A stretch of DNA of 64,000 bases, from assembly GCF_006345805.1 (NCBI RefSeq), contig NC_042997.1, forward strand, positions 119,970,001 to 120,034,000. The letters run 5' to 3'. The translations under genes and the position numbers were made by a program. Numbering within the stretch: position 1 is the first letter of the stretch; each line of letters starts with the position of its first letter. The notes beneath the pieces are model-generated. The model was given only the letters and a program-made list of their open reading frames with translations. It was not told where the DNA came from and ran no database searches. Of this stretch, positions 12,013 through 24,843 are shown one piece after another. The stretch comes from Octopus sinensis (lineage: Eukaryota).

Positions 12013-12789
12013 GGTTTGTTTACCAGTAATTTCAAATAGATAATTTTGAATTGTTTATTTTCAATGCCAGAGCCGCGCTCTCAGTTGTCGCTTGGTAGTA
12101 GTGAAGACATTTGAGCTCTGCTGACAGAGAGGGTGCGAAGATTCTTTTGTCTCCATGGCTGACCTCCCCATCATCTGCCTAATCTATTTATAGACCAGTA
12201 TAAATTTGATATATTCACCAAACTGCTAGTTTCCACCTCCCTCGAACGGTTTCCTCCAGCAACCACATATTTATGATTATCTCAAGTACAGGACAAAAGT
12301 TGAAAATAAAGAACACTTAATAAAATCTTTGAATAATAATTGGAAAGAGCAATAATGGTAATAACAATTGTAGTGGTGGTCATGGTGATAATGATAAAAA
12401 TATAACTAAAGATAATATGCTTCAGCTGCTAGTACTACAACTACTACTATTACGATAGCACGCGAATCTGAGGCCCAACTACTACTATTACCACTCCCAC
12501 CACTTGGGCAACCTCTGAGTCTATTAATATAAGTATGAAAATATTAAAAATAAAAAAACAATAATATCAGTTATAGCAGAGATGATAAATATAATAATAA
12601 TGAAAGGAAGTCGATGTCCTAATTAATGAGACATCTAGTGATGGTGTCACAATAAAAACACAGGTAAATGCAGAGTCTGATAATCGCTATCTCATATGAG
12701 TGACTATGAATAAAAAATATTGTGAATAATGGTGGTAATGAAACTGAAGACATTGATGGTGACATTGATGCACTCGGCACGCTGAGAGA

Positions 12790-12962
12790 TTTTGGTCCGA
12801 ATCCAGCCTATCGATATCCAGAAAGGGATCACCACATTTGGCGTAGATGGAGCAAGCAATTCACCGCTCGAATATTGCGGAAGGTGCTAGAAAAATAAGA
12901 GGTGTCACTAATAGTGAACAGCTGACACCGTAGTACATCTCCAGCTTTAGAAGCTGGGCAAC

Positions 12963-12965
<3 letters not shown>
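12790..12965 (+). mobile_element. 3' terminal relic of an R4/Dong-type LINE
   Basis: Encodes FTARILRKVLEK*; 3' UTR matches the reverse complement of 55560-55650; followed by (AAT)/(ACT) repeats. Confidence 0.6.
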
Positions 12966-13225
<260 letters not shown>

Positions 13226-13951
13226 TTTCTTAAGTAACCAGAAGATCAATGTGGTATTAATTTCTTTTCGACCCATCCTGCTACTGTGCCTTATGGGTGG
13301 CCTCATTTCAACATGTCTTACTAACCATTTTGCAGTCTGTTTCTCAACGTGTACATCCATACATAAAGTTGTAGCCCGCTAAATATCCTGGGTTTACGCT
13401 GTCATGTTGAAATATGCCCGTCTGGTTGGAGAATGAAACATTGCTACAATTTTCAATTACTATTCTCATTCTATAATAAGACAATGTCCACGTTCAATTA
13501 AAAAAAATAGTTTCCCGGCGTTATAAATAAACAAATACATATAGAAATAAATAAATAAATGAAAACGAGGGGAAAATAATTACACGTAAGACTCCCTTCG
13601 TCTCAGTGTATCAGATATATCTAGATTACACCTCTAAGAATAACTAAAATATATATTTAAAATTTAAAATTAAATTTGAAATTAAAATAAAAATTCCCAA
13701 AAGTTAATTAAAATAACACATATATATACATACATATACATATATATATATACATATATATACATATAAATATGTATATATAAAATCATACATACACACA
13801 CCAAAGCTAATACATATCTACATATATATACATACATACATATATATATATATAAATATATATATTACATACATATAAACGGTGGTGCATCAGCATGGCC
13901 GCAGCTGTGAGCTGAAAAAAATATATTACACACATATATATATATATATTT

Positions 13952-14004
<53 letters not shown>

Positions 14005-14693
14005 TATATATATACATATATATTATTATATAATAAGTTCATAAATAAATAAAACATATGCATATATACATACATATATGGACGTACCTACCTCTATATG
14101 TGTATATGCATGCATATATGGGTACAGGACACCAAAAAAAGCGTCGAACACAATGAGAAACGAAAACATAAACACAAAACTAAGGAAATGGACATTTTTC
14201 TTAAACAACGAAAAAAATAGAGTACAGGACGTACAAAACAAGGAAAATTCCCCTTCTTCTGTCGCCTAAAGCAAATATATATGTATACATATATATATAA
14301 GATATATATATGTAAAATATTTATAAAAATTATTACAAAATTAGGAATTTCCTCCAACATTTTAATGTATAAATGATCTGAATTATAACATTAACAAATA
14401 AACCTAGAACTTTTAATCTAGTGAATGCTTATTTTATTTTGCTAACTTGAATAAATAACCAAATCTAAAAATTAGCACTGGAAGGAATTCAGTTAAAAAA
14501 CCCAAAACGAAATATCACGGCAATGAAGAAAATCAAATACAAAATCAAAACCCAATGAGGGAGGAACCTACTTAAATAATATATACAAAGGGTGAAAAAA
14601 TGATGATTAACCGTTTAATAAAAAAAATTAACACCTATAATAGACTTCCTTTTTAAAATAATTTAAACACATGTATTCCTTTGAAGAACGCTT

Positions 14694-14698
14694 TATTA

Positions 14699-14760
<62 letters not shown>

Positions 14761-14842
14761 GTTATTATTATTATTATTAGTAGTAGTAGTAGTAGTAGTA
14801 GTAGTTGTAGTAGTAGCAGTATCGTTGCTGTTGTTGTTATTG

Positions 14843-14880
<38 letters not shown>
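14694..14880. repeat. (ATT)n/(AGT)n microsatellite, 3' flank of the R4/Dong array
   Basis: Direct reading. Confidence 0.95.
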
Positions 14881-14881
<1 letters not shown>

Positions 14882-15015
14882 TATGTTTGACTTTTGCTTT
14901 ATGTCTGTACAAGTTGGCTCCAAGTCTCACCTCAAGAGACAACAGGTTGGAAGTTTTGTGCCATATATTTGGGTTTTTTTTTTTTTGGTGTTGTACTAGT
15001 GAATGTCTGATACAT

Positions 15016-15052
<37 letters not shown>

Positions 15053-15659
15053 TAAACAAAAAAGTTTGTTTTAAACCTTGGGATTACATAGAGAGTATTT
15101 TGCGTAGGATATGAGCAGTTCCCATGAGCACTTTTGAATTTCTGCCATTTTGGGGTTTCCTGGTATCTGTGTTAGGTAGCAATCAGTCCCTTTCGCTATC
15201 ATTCCCAGAGCACCTATGACAACAGGTATTGTTTTAGTCTTCAGCTTCCACATTTTGCTGATTTCTATTTCAAGATCTTTATATTTGCTCAGGTTTTGGT
15301 AGGTCTTGACAGATACGTTTATATCGATCGGGACAGTCATATCAATGAGGAGGCATGTTCTTTGTCTGAAGTCTTTCAATATAATGTTTGGCCTATTTGC
15401 ATCTATCTTCCTGTCAGTTTGAATGATGAAGTTCCAGAGGCGTGAGATGTGGTCATTTTCAAGCACTGGAGGTGGATTGTGTTCCCACCAGTTTTATTAT
15501 TATTATTCTATGTTTGACTTTTGCTTTATGTTTGTACAAGTTGGCTCCAAGTCTCACCCAGAGACCTCAAGAGACAACAGGTTGGAAGTTCTGTGCCATA
15601 TATTTGTTTTTTTTTCTTTTTTTTTTTTTTTGTGTTGTACTAGTGAATGTCTAATACAT

Positions 15660-15690
<31 letters not shown>

Positions 15691-16289
15691 AAAGTTTGTT
15701 TTAAACCTTGGGATTACATAGAGAGTATTTTGCGTAGGATATGAGCAGTTCCTATGAGCACTATCTTTTGAATTTCTGCCATTTTGGGGTTTCCTGGTAT
15801 CTGAGTTAGGTAGCAATCAGTCCCTTTCAATATCATTCCCAGAGCACCTATGACAACAGGTATTGTTTTAGTCTTCAATTTCCACATTTTGCTGATTTCT
15901 ATTTCAAGATCTTTATATTTGCTCAGGTTTTGGTAGGTCTTGACAGATACGTTTATATCGATTGGGACAGTCATATCAATGAGGAGGCATGTTCTTTGTC
16001 TGAAGTCTTTCAATATAATGTTTGACCTATTTGCATCTATCTTCCTGTCAGTTTGAATGATGAAGTTCCAGAGGAGTGAGATGTGGTCATTTTCAAGCAC
16101 TGGATGTGGATTGTGTTCCCACCAGTTTTATTATTATTATTCTATATTTGACTTTTGCTTTATGTTTGTACAAGTTGGCTCCAAGTCTCACCCAGAGACC
16201 TCAAGAGACAACAGGTTGGAAGTTCTGTGCCATATATTTGGGTTTTTTTCTTTTTTTTTTGGTGTTGTACTAGTGAATGTCTAATACAT

Positions 16290-16320
<31 letters not shown>

Positions 16321-16768
16321 AAAGTTTGTTTTAAACCTTGGGATTACATAGAGAGTATTTTGCGTAGGATATGAGCAGTTCCTATGAGCACTATCTTTTG
16401 AATTTCTGCCATTTTGGGGTTTCCTGGTATCTGAGTTAGGTAGCAATCAGTCCCTTTCAATATCATTCCCAGAGCACCTATGACAACAGGTATTGTTTTA
16501 GTCTTCAGTTTCCACATTTTGCTGATTTCTATTTCAAGATCTTTATATTTGCTCAGGTTTTGGTAGGTCTTGACAGATACGTTTATATCGATGGGACAGT
16601 CATATCAATGAGGAGGCATGTTCTTTGTCTGAAGTCTTTCAATATAATGTTTGACCTATTTGCATCTATCTTCCTGTCAGTTTGAATGATGAAGTCCAGA
16701 GGAGTGAGATGTGGTCATTTTCAAGCATGGATGTGGATTGTGTTCCCACCAGTTTTATTATTATTATT
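14881..16768 (-). mobile_element. Three tandem ~630-bp copies of the R4/Dong LINE 3' end (RLE half plus 3' UTR)
   Basis: Units start at 14881, 15508 and 16142, all ending at cccaccagtttt-(att)4; ORFs 15071-15466 and 15714-16100 encode the PD-(D/E)xK region RPNIILKD...LLIDMTVP...KYKDL. Confidence 0.9.
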
Positions 16769-16913
16769 CTATGTTTGACTTTTGCTTTATGTTGTACAAG
16801 TTGGCTCCAAGTCTCACCCAGAGACCTCAAGAGACAACAGGTTGGAAGTTCTGTGCCATATATGGGGTTTTTTTCTTTTTTTTTGGTGTTGTACTAGTGA
16901 ATGTCTAATACAT

Positions 16914-16944
<31 letters not shown>

Positions 16945-19900
16945 AAAGTTTGTTTTAAACCTTGGGATTACATAGAGAGTATTTTGCGTAGGATATGAGC
17001 AGTTCCCATGAGCACTATCTTTTGAATTTCTGCCATTTTGGGGTTTCCTGGTATCTGAGTTAGGTAGCAATCAGTCCCTTTCGCTATCATTCCCAGAGCA
17101 CCCATGACAACAGGTATTGTTTTAGTCTTCAGTTTCCACATTTTGCTGATTTCTATTTCAAGATCTTTATATTTGCTCAGGCTTTGGTAGGTCTTGACAG
17201 ATACGTTTATATCGATTGGGACAGTCATATCAATGAGGAGGCATGTTCTTTGTCTGAAGTCTTTCAATATAATGTCTGGCCTATTTGCATCTATCTTCCT
17301 GTCAGTTTGAATGGTGAAGTTCCAGAGGAGTGAGATGTGGTCATTTTCAAGCACAGGAGGTGGATTGTGTTCCCACCAGTTTTTTTCATGGGGCAAATCC
17401 AGGTTTTTGCAAATTACCCAGTGAATATATTGTGCAGCTCTATCATGCCTACTGAGGTACTCTGTAGGCGCTAGAAGACTGCATTTGGAGACAACATGGT
17501 CAATGGTTTCATTTTGTTGTCGGCATACACGACATGTTGGGCTACTGCCGTTCTTTAATATGATGGCCTGGTAGTTTCTTGTTGGTAGGCATTGATCTTG
17601 AGCTGCTATGATAAACCCCTCTGTTTCAGATTTTAAGCCAGAGGCCATTAGCCATTGATGGGTCAGGGCTTTGTCGATATCTGCATTATTCGCTCTCTTT
17701 GGGTATTTACCATAGAGAGGTTTGTTTGCCATTTATTATTCAGAATATCTAAGGCCGCAGTTTTGGCACGGGTTTTCATGCGCCTAGCTTTTTCAGTGCT
17801 TGTTTCTTGTATATCTATCTCTAATTCCGAAATTGGTTGTATTCGGAATTCACTTAGATATTCCTTTGCCTGTTTTGTGACTGAGTATGATGCTTTCTTG
17901 TTTTCATGTTTTGAGACAAGTTTTAACATCCAGTCCTCAGAGTTTTTCAGGTAGGTGTCTAGGCCAATTGTAGCAATCTTCATTGTTATTGCCAGTTGCA
18001 AAAGACCACGGCCTCCCTCTTTTCTTGGCAGATAGAGTCGTTCTGTATCTGCCTTAGGGTGGTGCATTCTATGCATTGTCAACAGTTTCCTTATTTTTCT
18101 GTCGAGCTGACATATTTCAGTAATTGACCAGTTAACAATATTGAAACTGTAAGTCACGACTGGTATGGCTAAAGCATTGATCGCTTCGATCCTGTTTCTT
18201 GCATTCAGCTCTGTCTTGAGTATTGCTCTCACTCTTCGATAGCATTCTCTCCTGATCCTTTCCTTCATCTCCGAATGCCTTATTCTGTCCCCTTCAATTA
18301 CCCCTAGGTACTTGTAGCTCTCTGCTGGGTCTAGTTCTTTTATGACATTCTGTTGGTCAAGGTTAACGTTAGATGTTTCTGTCATTTTTCCTTTGATAAA
18401 GGTAGCCTTTGCACATTTATCGAGGCCGAATTTCATTCTGATGTCGTCACTGAATTGTTTGACTATCGCTAGTAAGCCCTTGAGTTGTTGATAATTTTTT
18501 GCAAAAAGCTTTAAATCATCCATGTAAACGAGATGATTTATATTTTTATCAAACATTTTATACCCGTACTGCACGTCATTGAGCAGCTTTGAGAGAGGTA
18601 TTAAGGATAAACAAAAGAGGAGTGGTGACAGTGAGTCACCCTGGAAAATGCCACACGGAATTTTTACATCGCCAGCATTTAGGGATTCATTGTCACTGTT
18701 CAGAGTTAGTGTAGTTCTCCATGATCTCATACTTACAGTCAAGAAGTTTCGCAGAGTAGGTGCTATCTTATACATTTCCAGGCATTTCCTAATCCAGCTA
18801 TGTGGTAGGCTATCAAAAGCCTTTTTATAGTCTATCCAGGCTATTGATAAGTTTTTGTGTCGTTTGTGACAATCTTCTAATATCATCTTATTGATGAGTA
18901 GTTGGTCTTTACAGCCGTAGTATCCACGTTTACATCCTTTCTGTTCATTAGGGAATATGCTGCTGTCTGTTAACAAACTATAGGTATATTCCGTCAGGAC
19001 AGATGTTAGTGTTTTGTACATAGTTGTTAAGCAGGTTATGGGTCTATAGTTTTTTGGTTCATTTGTTTCTTCACTTTTTGGAAGCAGGAATGTTAACCCA
19101 TTAACTAGCCAAGGAGGCATCCTACTAGGGTGTTGCAAAACATCATTGTACAGTTCTGTTAGCAGTTCATGGCTCTCTGAGAAGGCATTCAGCCAGAAGT
19201 TAGGAATTTTATCCTTTCCTGGAGTTTTCCATTTGCTTGACCTCCTGAGAGCAGATCTTATATCTTCTACCATGACACCCTCCCACTTTTGCTCTTCTAA
19301 GGGGTCCAGTTCTGTAGATATTCTGTCAATCCAGGGGGCCATTTCGTTGTGTGTTTTTTCTTCTGCCCAGATTTTATTCCAAAATCCCTGTACTCCTTCT
19401 TTTGATGGTACAGACCTTGCAGTAAACGCTGTTTTTCCTATCTTCCAGTAAAAATTCTTGGTATTTTTGAACACGTTGTTGTCCTTGAAAAATCTAACAC
19501 GCTTTTCATACCTCGCTATGCGGGCAGCTTTGGCAGATACCTTTTGTTTGATGGTTTCTTTGGTGGCATCAATATCAAGTATAGTTTTCATATTGTATTT
19601 TTTCAGTAATTTTGGGGTTTTTGTAGGTTTGGTAGTCTTGTGAGCCTTAAGGTTTTTCAAATATTCAATGTCAGATCTAAATATTTTAATTTGTTGTTGC
19701 AGACGCTCTTGCCAAGAAGGCTTTTTGTGGGAATGTTGCCGTTTTCTAATCTTTACACCACATAGGATCGTTGAGATTTTCGCGGATGCATAGTATAGGT
19801 GGTTGAGGTTTGTGATATCAACATCATTAGTTGAAATTATATCCTTAACTGCAAGCCGGATTTTACCAATTATTTTCATGTTTTGGTTAGAGTTACGGAT

Positions 19901-20905
19901 TTTAGGAAGTGTATCACGTTCATCCATGCTGGTTTCTTTAATTTTCAGCCATTCAATCATGATTTGATTTTTTAGCTCATGTAGTTCTGTTGGGTCAATA
20001 TTTGTGTGACTTTCTTTATCTATTTGATGCTCATCTGTCTTAGTGTTTATGATTGGTTCAGGGAGTATTTCACATTGCCTATCACTTATACTAACTCTTT
20101 CAATCCTCTCTTCGTTTTTATCAGCCCTGGGCTGGTCTATAATTATTTCCTCTGTATTATCTTCTCTAGCTGCAGCTTCGTTCATTTTATCCGATATTGC
20201 TTGTCTAACCTGATCAATCTCTACTTCAGTCAGTAATTTTTTTTTTATAATGTTTCTTCTGACGTTGGCAAGTTTGTTACTGTCTATGTAGGGTCTTACT
20301 TCAGGGTGTTTCTGTCTCCAGTTTAAATATGCTTGTACAGTGCTAGACTTATCTGTGGGGAAATATATGGCATGGTAGAAGGCCTCAAGAACTTCTTTAT
20401 TATCTTCCCTAGACCATTTCTCCTTCTTTTTCTTTTTGATTATTTGGTGATGAGCATGGATGGCCATCTGTTGGAATATTCCGGTTGTGGGGTACGTCCA
20501 GCTCCTGTGTGTTGGGAAGATTTGATCGAGTAGCTGATTTTTCAATCAGAATTTGGTTCAATTTTCGGGTACGTGGTCTTTTGTAATCCGCGCAATGACC
20601 AATGCGGTTTATTGTTTGATTTGTGGACCTTGAAGCACGACGAGCATCCATTCTTATATTAGGAGATGGATCTGTCAGTTTAGGGTTCACTACATGTAAG
20701 CATTGCTCATAGCGCCGCTTCTTAAGACTAGCAGATCTATATTCGTCTGTGTTTTTTTTGTTGATAGTTTTATCTCCGAAAAAAATTTTTTTTTTCCTCC
20801 TCTTCCTTTCTTCAAGGCTCACTGTGTCTGTATTAGTTCGAAATAATGAGAATAAAATGCGGAGAAGGAAACGAAAAGAAAGGGAAAAAGACGGGATCTG
20901 TCAGT
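16769..20905 (-). mobile_element. Near full-length non-LTR retrotransposon, R4/Dong clade (RT, CCHC, restriction-like endonuclease)
   Basis: KWSREDN N-terminal motif; RT motifs KTPGKD, YRPITCL, GIFQGDSLSPLLF, YMDDLKLF; CRVC..ETIDHVVSKC; RPDIILKD..LIDMTVP; (ATT)n flanks. Confidence 0.92.
16968..20822 (-). pseudogene. R4/Dong polyprotein split by two apparent 1-nt frameshifts
   Basis: ORFs 20409-20822, 17663-20545 (960 aa) and 16968-17732 join in A-rich runs at about 20430 and 17725. Confidence 0.88.
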
Positions 20906-21693
20906 TATTATTGTTATTACTATCACCTTCACCACCATCACCATCACCAGCAACATCACCATCACCATCATCATCATCAATGACATTGTTTTATGTGTAG
21001 CCACAGCCACCATCAACACTCCATTGTGTGGGAGAATGGTTGGTTAAAGAATTCATGTTCTTTGGGTCTATAAATAGCTACGGTAGATGGTGGAGACAAA
21101 GGACGTTAATGGTCAGTAAAAGGTCAAACCTGTTTACATTTATTTATTTATTTTTTTTTTTTCTTTCTCTTTTTTTTTCCTTCCTCACCACATGCATATG
21201 TATATGTATATGTATACTCACTCACACATTATCTGATGTTTTCGTCGATGATTTTTTTTTTTGAAAAATAACTTTCTGAGTTCAATGTTATGTATATATT
21301 TTTTATATTTCTGAATTCAGTTGTATGTATATATTAGTAGGTGCTTAATTCCACAACTTTTTATCATGCATTTAATTGTGTTGTTACAATAAAAGGTAAT
21401 TTAAAAGGCAATTTTACACATTCTTATAGTCATGAGAGACGACTAAATGTAAATGTTCACACAGAATTGGAGATATTTATGTTTCTAATTTTTCTTGTTA
21501 GGTGTACGTTTGTACGAGCTGTAGATATGTAAGTTTTTTTTTTACTTATTTTGAGGGAAATTCAAATTACTTACAGAAAAAAGTAGATCTTCCAGTTTTC
21601 TACAGTTGTTTTTTTCAGTTGTCCTGCTGGGTTCGCTGTTGCCAGTTCAGAGCATCGTAAAAATACGCCCATCCTCTGTCACGTCCAGCCGCC

Positions 21694-21751
<58 letters not shown>

Positions 21752-21950
21752 TATTATTATTATCTTCAAGATTCCAGATGAAAATACTAAGACAATGGAA
21801 GAAGGCCTATCTCTGTTCCCAAAGGAATGGTACTGATTCGAAGCACGTATCTTATTATAAGTAGCAGTAGAAATATTATAAGTGTAATCATTAGCATAAG
21901 AAACTTATTGATAACCTACTTGTCTATGTTTACAAAAATTACTAAATAAA

Positions 21951-22133
21951 CAGGCGCAGGAGTGGCTGTGTGGTAAGTAGCTTGCTTACCAACCACATAG
22001 CTCGGAGTCCAGTCCCACTGCGTTGAACCTTGGGCAAGTGTCTTCTACTATAGACCCGAGCCGACCAAAGCCTTGTGAGCGGATTTGGTAGACGGAAACT
22101 GAAAGAACCCCGTCATATATATATATATATTTA

Positions 22134-22171
<38 letters not shown>

Positions 22172-22390
22172 TGTGTGTGTGTGTTTGTGCGTCTGTGTTT
22201 GTCCGCGCAACATTACTTGACAACCACTGGTGGTGTGTTTTCATCCCCGTAACTTAGCGGTTCGGCACAAGAGACCGATGGGATAATACTAGTCTTACAA
22301 CAAATAAGTCCTGAGATCGATTGTCTCGACTAAAGGCGGTTCTCCGGCAAAGCTGCAGTCAAATGACTGAAACAAGTAAAATAGTAAAAT
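21951..22390 (+). mobile_element. tRNA-derived SINE with internal (TA)/(GT) microsatellite
   Basis: Head ggcgcaggagtggctgtgtggtaag; body accttgggcaagtgtcttctactatag; tail gactgaaacaagtaaaa. Confidence 0.8.
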
Positions 22391-22636
22391 GAGTAAAGAG
22401 TAAACAATTTTCTTCGTTTCTACAATCACAAAAGGAATTTCAAGCCTCCTTGAGCCGTCAACAATTGAATAATTATTAAGCAAAATTCTTTAAAAGGCAT
22501 CATTTCATAAGAGTACCACGACTGCTTCATATGGAGAATAATTTGAAGGTGTTAAATGTATAAACATGTATAAACATGCAAAAGGTAATGTAAACCAGAA
22601 TATTGCAAAATTACGTTTTCTTTTTGGTACCCTGTC

Positions 22637-22678
<42 letters not shown>

Positions 22679-22792
22679 TATATATATATATATATATATA
22701 AAATATTATTAGAGACAAAACCACTATTTTGCAAAACAAACAAGGAAAGACTTAATCAATACATAAAATTTTAATAAATAGTCAAAAAACCG

Positions 22793-22834
22793 CCACTACA
22801 ATGTTTCTTGTCTTGATCGACAATCTTCAGGTGG
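22793..22834 (-). ncRNA. Type I hammerhead ribozyme (1-nt deletion in stem III loop)
   Basis: Reverse complement of the 23411 motif. Confidence 0.75.
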
Positions 22835-23410
22835 ACTTCCAATAAGTCAGTTTCAAATTATGAAGTGAAATTAAATTCTTAGCCGTTAAAAGAATCAAAC
22901 CAAAATTACGTTACCATAGAAATATAACTTATGTAAAAAAAGAATACGCGCCATGGAAAGTAAACGTCATTTAAAATTATGAATGGAGAAATAGAATAAA
23001 TGGAACTAAAAACTATATCCACGTGGCAAACCAACACTACTTAAAAAAAATTTATTATGAATGGATTCTTTAATAAAACTACCATAATAAATTATTATAT
23101 ACAATTATGAGCTTTAGCTCATCTTAGCAGCTCTAACAAACAACTTGCAGTAACCCAAATCTATTCTCGATGCCTGCCTTACTACTACACTATTCCATTC
23201 CCAATTCCAAGCAACGCTAGCCCACGATATAGTTTTTAGTTCCATTTATTCTATTTCTCCATTCATAATTTTAAATGACGTTTACTTTCCATGGCGCGTA
23301 TTCTTTTTTTACATAAGTTATATTTCTATGGTAACGTAATTTTGGTTTGATTTTTTTAACGGCTAAGAAGTTAATTTCACTTCATAATTTGAAACTGACT
23401 TATTGGAAGT

Positions 23411-23453
23411 CCACCTGAAGATTGTCGATCAAGACAAGAAACAATTGTAGTGG
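23411..23453 (+). ncRNA. Type I hammerhead ribozyme, canonical
   Basis: ccac CTGAAGA TTGTC gatcaa GACAA GAAAC AATT GTA^gtgg; all stems pair; stem III ACAATTGT. Confidence 0.9.
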
Positions 23454-23745
23454 CGGTTTTTTTGACTATTTATTAAAATTTTATGTATTGATTAAGTCTT
23501 TCCTTGTTTGTTTTGCAAAATAGTGGTTTTGTCTCTAATAATATTTTATAATATTTTACTATAAAATTGGATTTAATCCTAAATCTGATTTTTTCCCTGT
23601 AAATTTGGATTTATTCCCTAATATTTATTATTTATATATATATATATATATAAAATATTATTAGAGACAAAACCACTATTTTGCAAAACAAACAAGGAAA
23701 GACTTAATCAATACATAAAATTTTAATAAATAGTCAAAAAAACCG

Positions 23746-23788
23746 CCACTACAATTGTTTCTTGTCTTGATCGACAATCTTCAGGTGG
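23746..23788 (-). ncRNA. Type I hammerhead ribozyme, canonical
   Basis: Exact reverse complement of 23411-23453. Confidence 0.88.
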
Positions 23789-24364
23789 ACTTCCAATAAG
23801 TCAGTTTCAAATTATGAAGTGAAATTAAATTCTTAGCCGTTAAAAGAATCAAACCAAAATTACGTTACCATAGAAATATAACTTATGTAAAAAAAGAATA
23901 CGCGCCATGGAAAGTAAACGTCATTTAAAATTATGAATGGAGAAATAGAATAAATGGAACTAAAAACTATATCCACGTGGCAAACCAACACTACTTAAAA
24001 AAAATTTATTATGAATGGATTCTTTAATAAAACTACCATAATAAATTATTATATACAATTATGAGCTTTAGCTCATCTTAGCAGCTCTAACAAACAACTT
24101 GCAGTAACCCAAATCTATTCTCGATGCCTGCCTTACTACTACACTATTCCATTCCCAATTCCAAGCAACGCTAGCCCACGATATAGTTTTTAGTTCCATT
24201 TATTCTATTTCTCCATTCATAATTTTAAATGACGTTTACTTTCCATGGCGCGTATTCTTTTTTTACATAAGTTATATTTCTATGGTAACGTAATTTTGGT
24301 TTGATTTTTTTAACGGCTAAGAAGTTAATTTCACTTCATAATTTGAAACTGACTTATTGGAAGT

Positions 24365-24407
24365 CCACCTGAAGATTGTCGATCAAGACAAGAAACTATT
24401 GTAGTGG
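24365..24407 (+). ncRNA. Type I hammerhead ribozyme
   Basis: As 23411, with stem III loop TATT. Confidence 0.85.
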
Positions 24408-24771
24408 CGGTTTTTTTGACTATTTATTAAAATTTTATGTATTGATTAAGTCTTTCCTTGTTTGTTTTGCAAAATAGTGGTTTTGTCTCTAATAATATTT
24501 TATAATATTTTACTATAAAATTGGATTTAATCCTAAATCTGATTTTTTCCCTGTAAATTTGGATTTATTCCCTAATATTTATTATTTATATATATATATA
24601 TATATATATTTCTATATATATATACTGTCAACTTAACGTGACAGTAGGGGATTACACCACCGCTGTTTAGCCCTAGGAAGCATCGACGCTTCCTGTCGGC
24701 TTCGACACATTTCCTGTGTCCTTATATATTTACGAAGGGGAGACAAATACCCCCAACAGCTAGGCCTGCAT

Positions 24772-24816
24772 CTAGAGACACGCATGTTTCAGGGTCTTTG
24801 CCTATCATCGGTCTAG
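24772..24816 (-). ncRNA. Hammerhead-like motif with U4C core change
   Basis: ctaga CCGATGA taggcaaagaccct GAAAC atgcgt GTC^tctag; stem I 5 bp. Confidence 0.6.
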
Positions 24817-24843
24817 ATTAGCAGAAGCCTGCTAGCTGAAGAT

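Larger units (their letters stand above)
22700..24590. mobile_element. Tandemly duplicated ~950-bp fold-back element (about 320-bp inverted arms, ~205-bp spacer), each arm with a hammerhead
   Basis: 22700-23019 is the reverse complement of 23226-23548; the unit repeats at 23652-24590; (TA)n separates the units. Confidence 0.9.

Noticed and set aside
20830-20905. HDV-like ribozyme in the 5' UTR of the full-length R4/Dong element
   Set aside because: The segment is a pyrimidine tract on the element strand; no P1-P4 pairing was found by eye.
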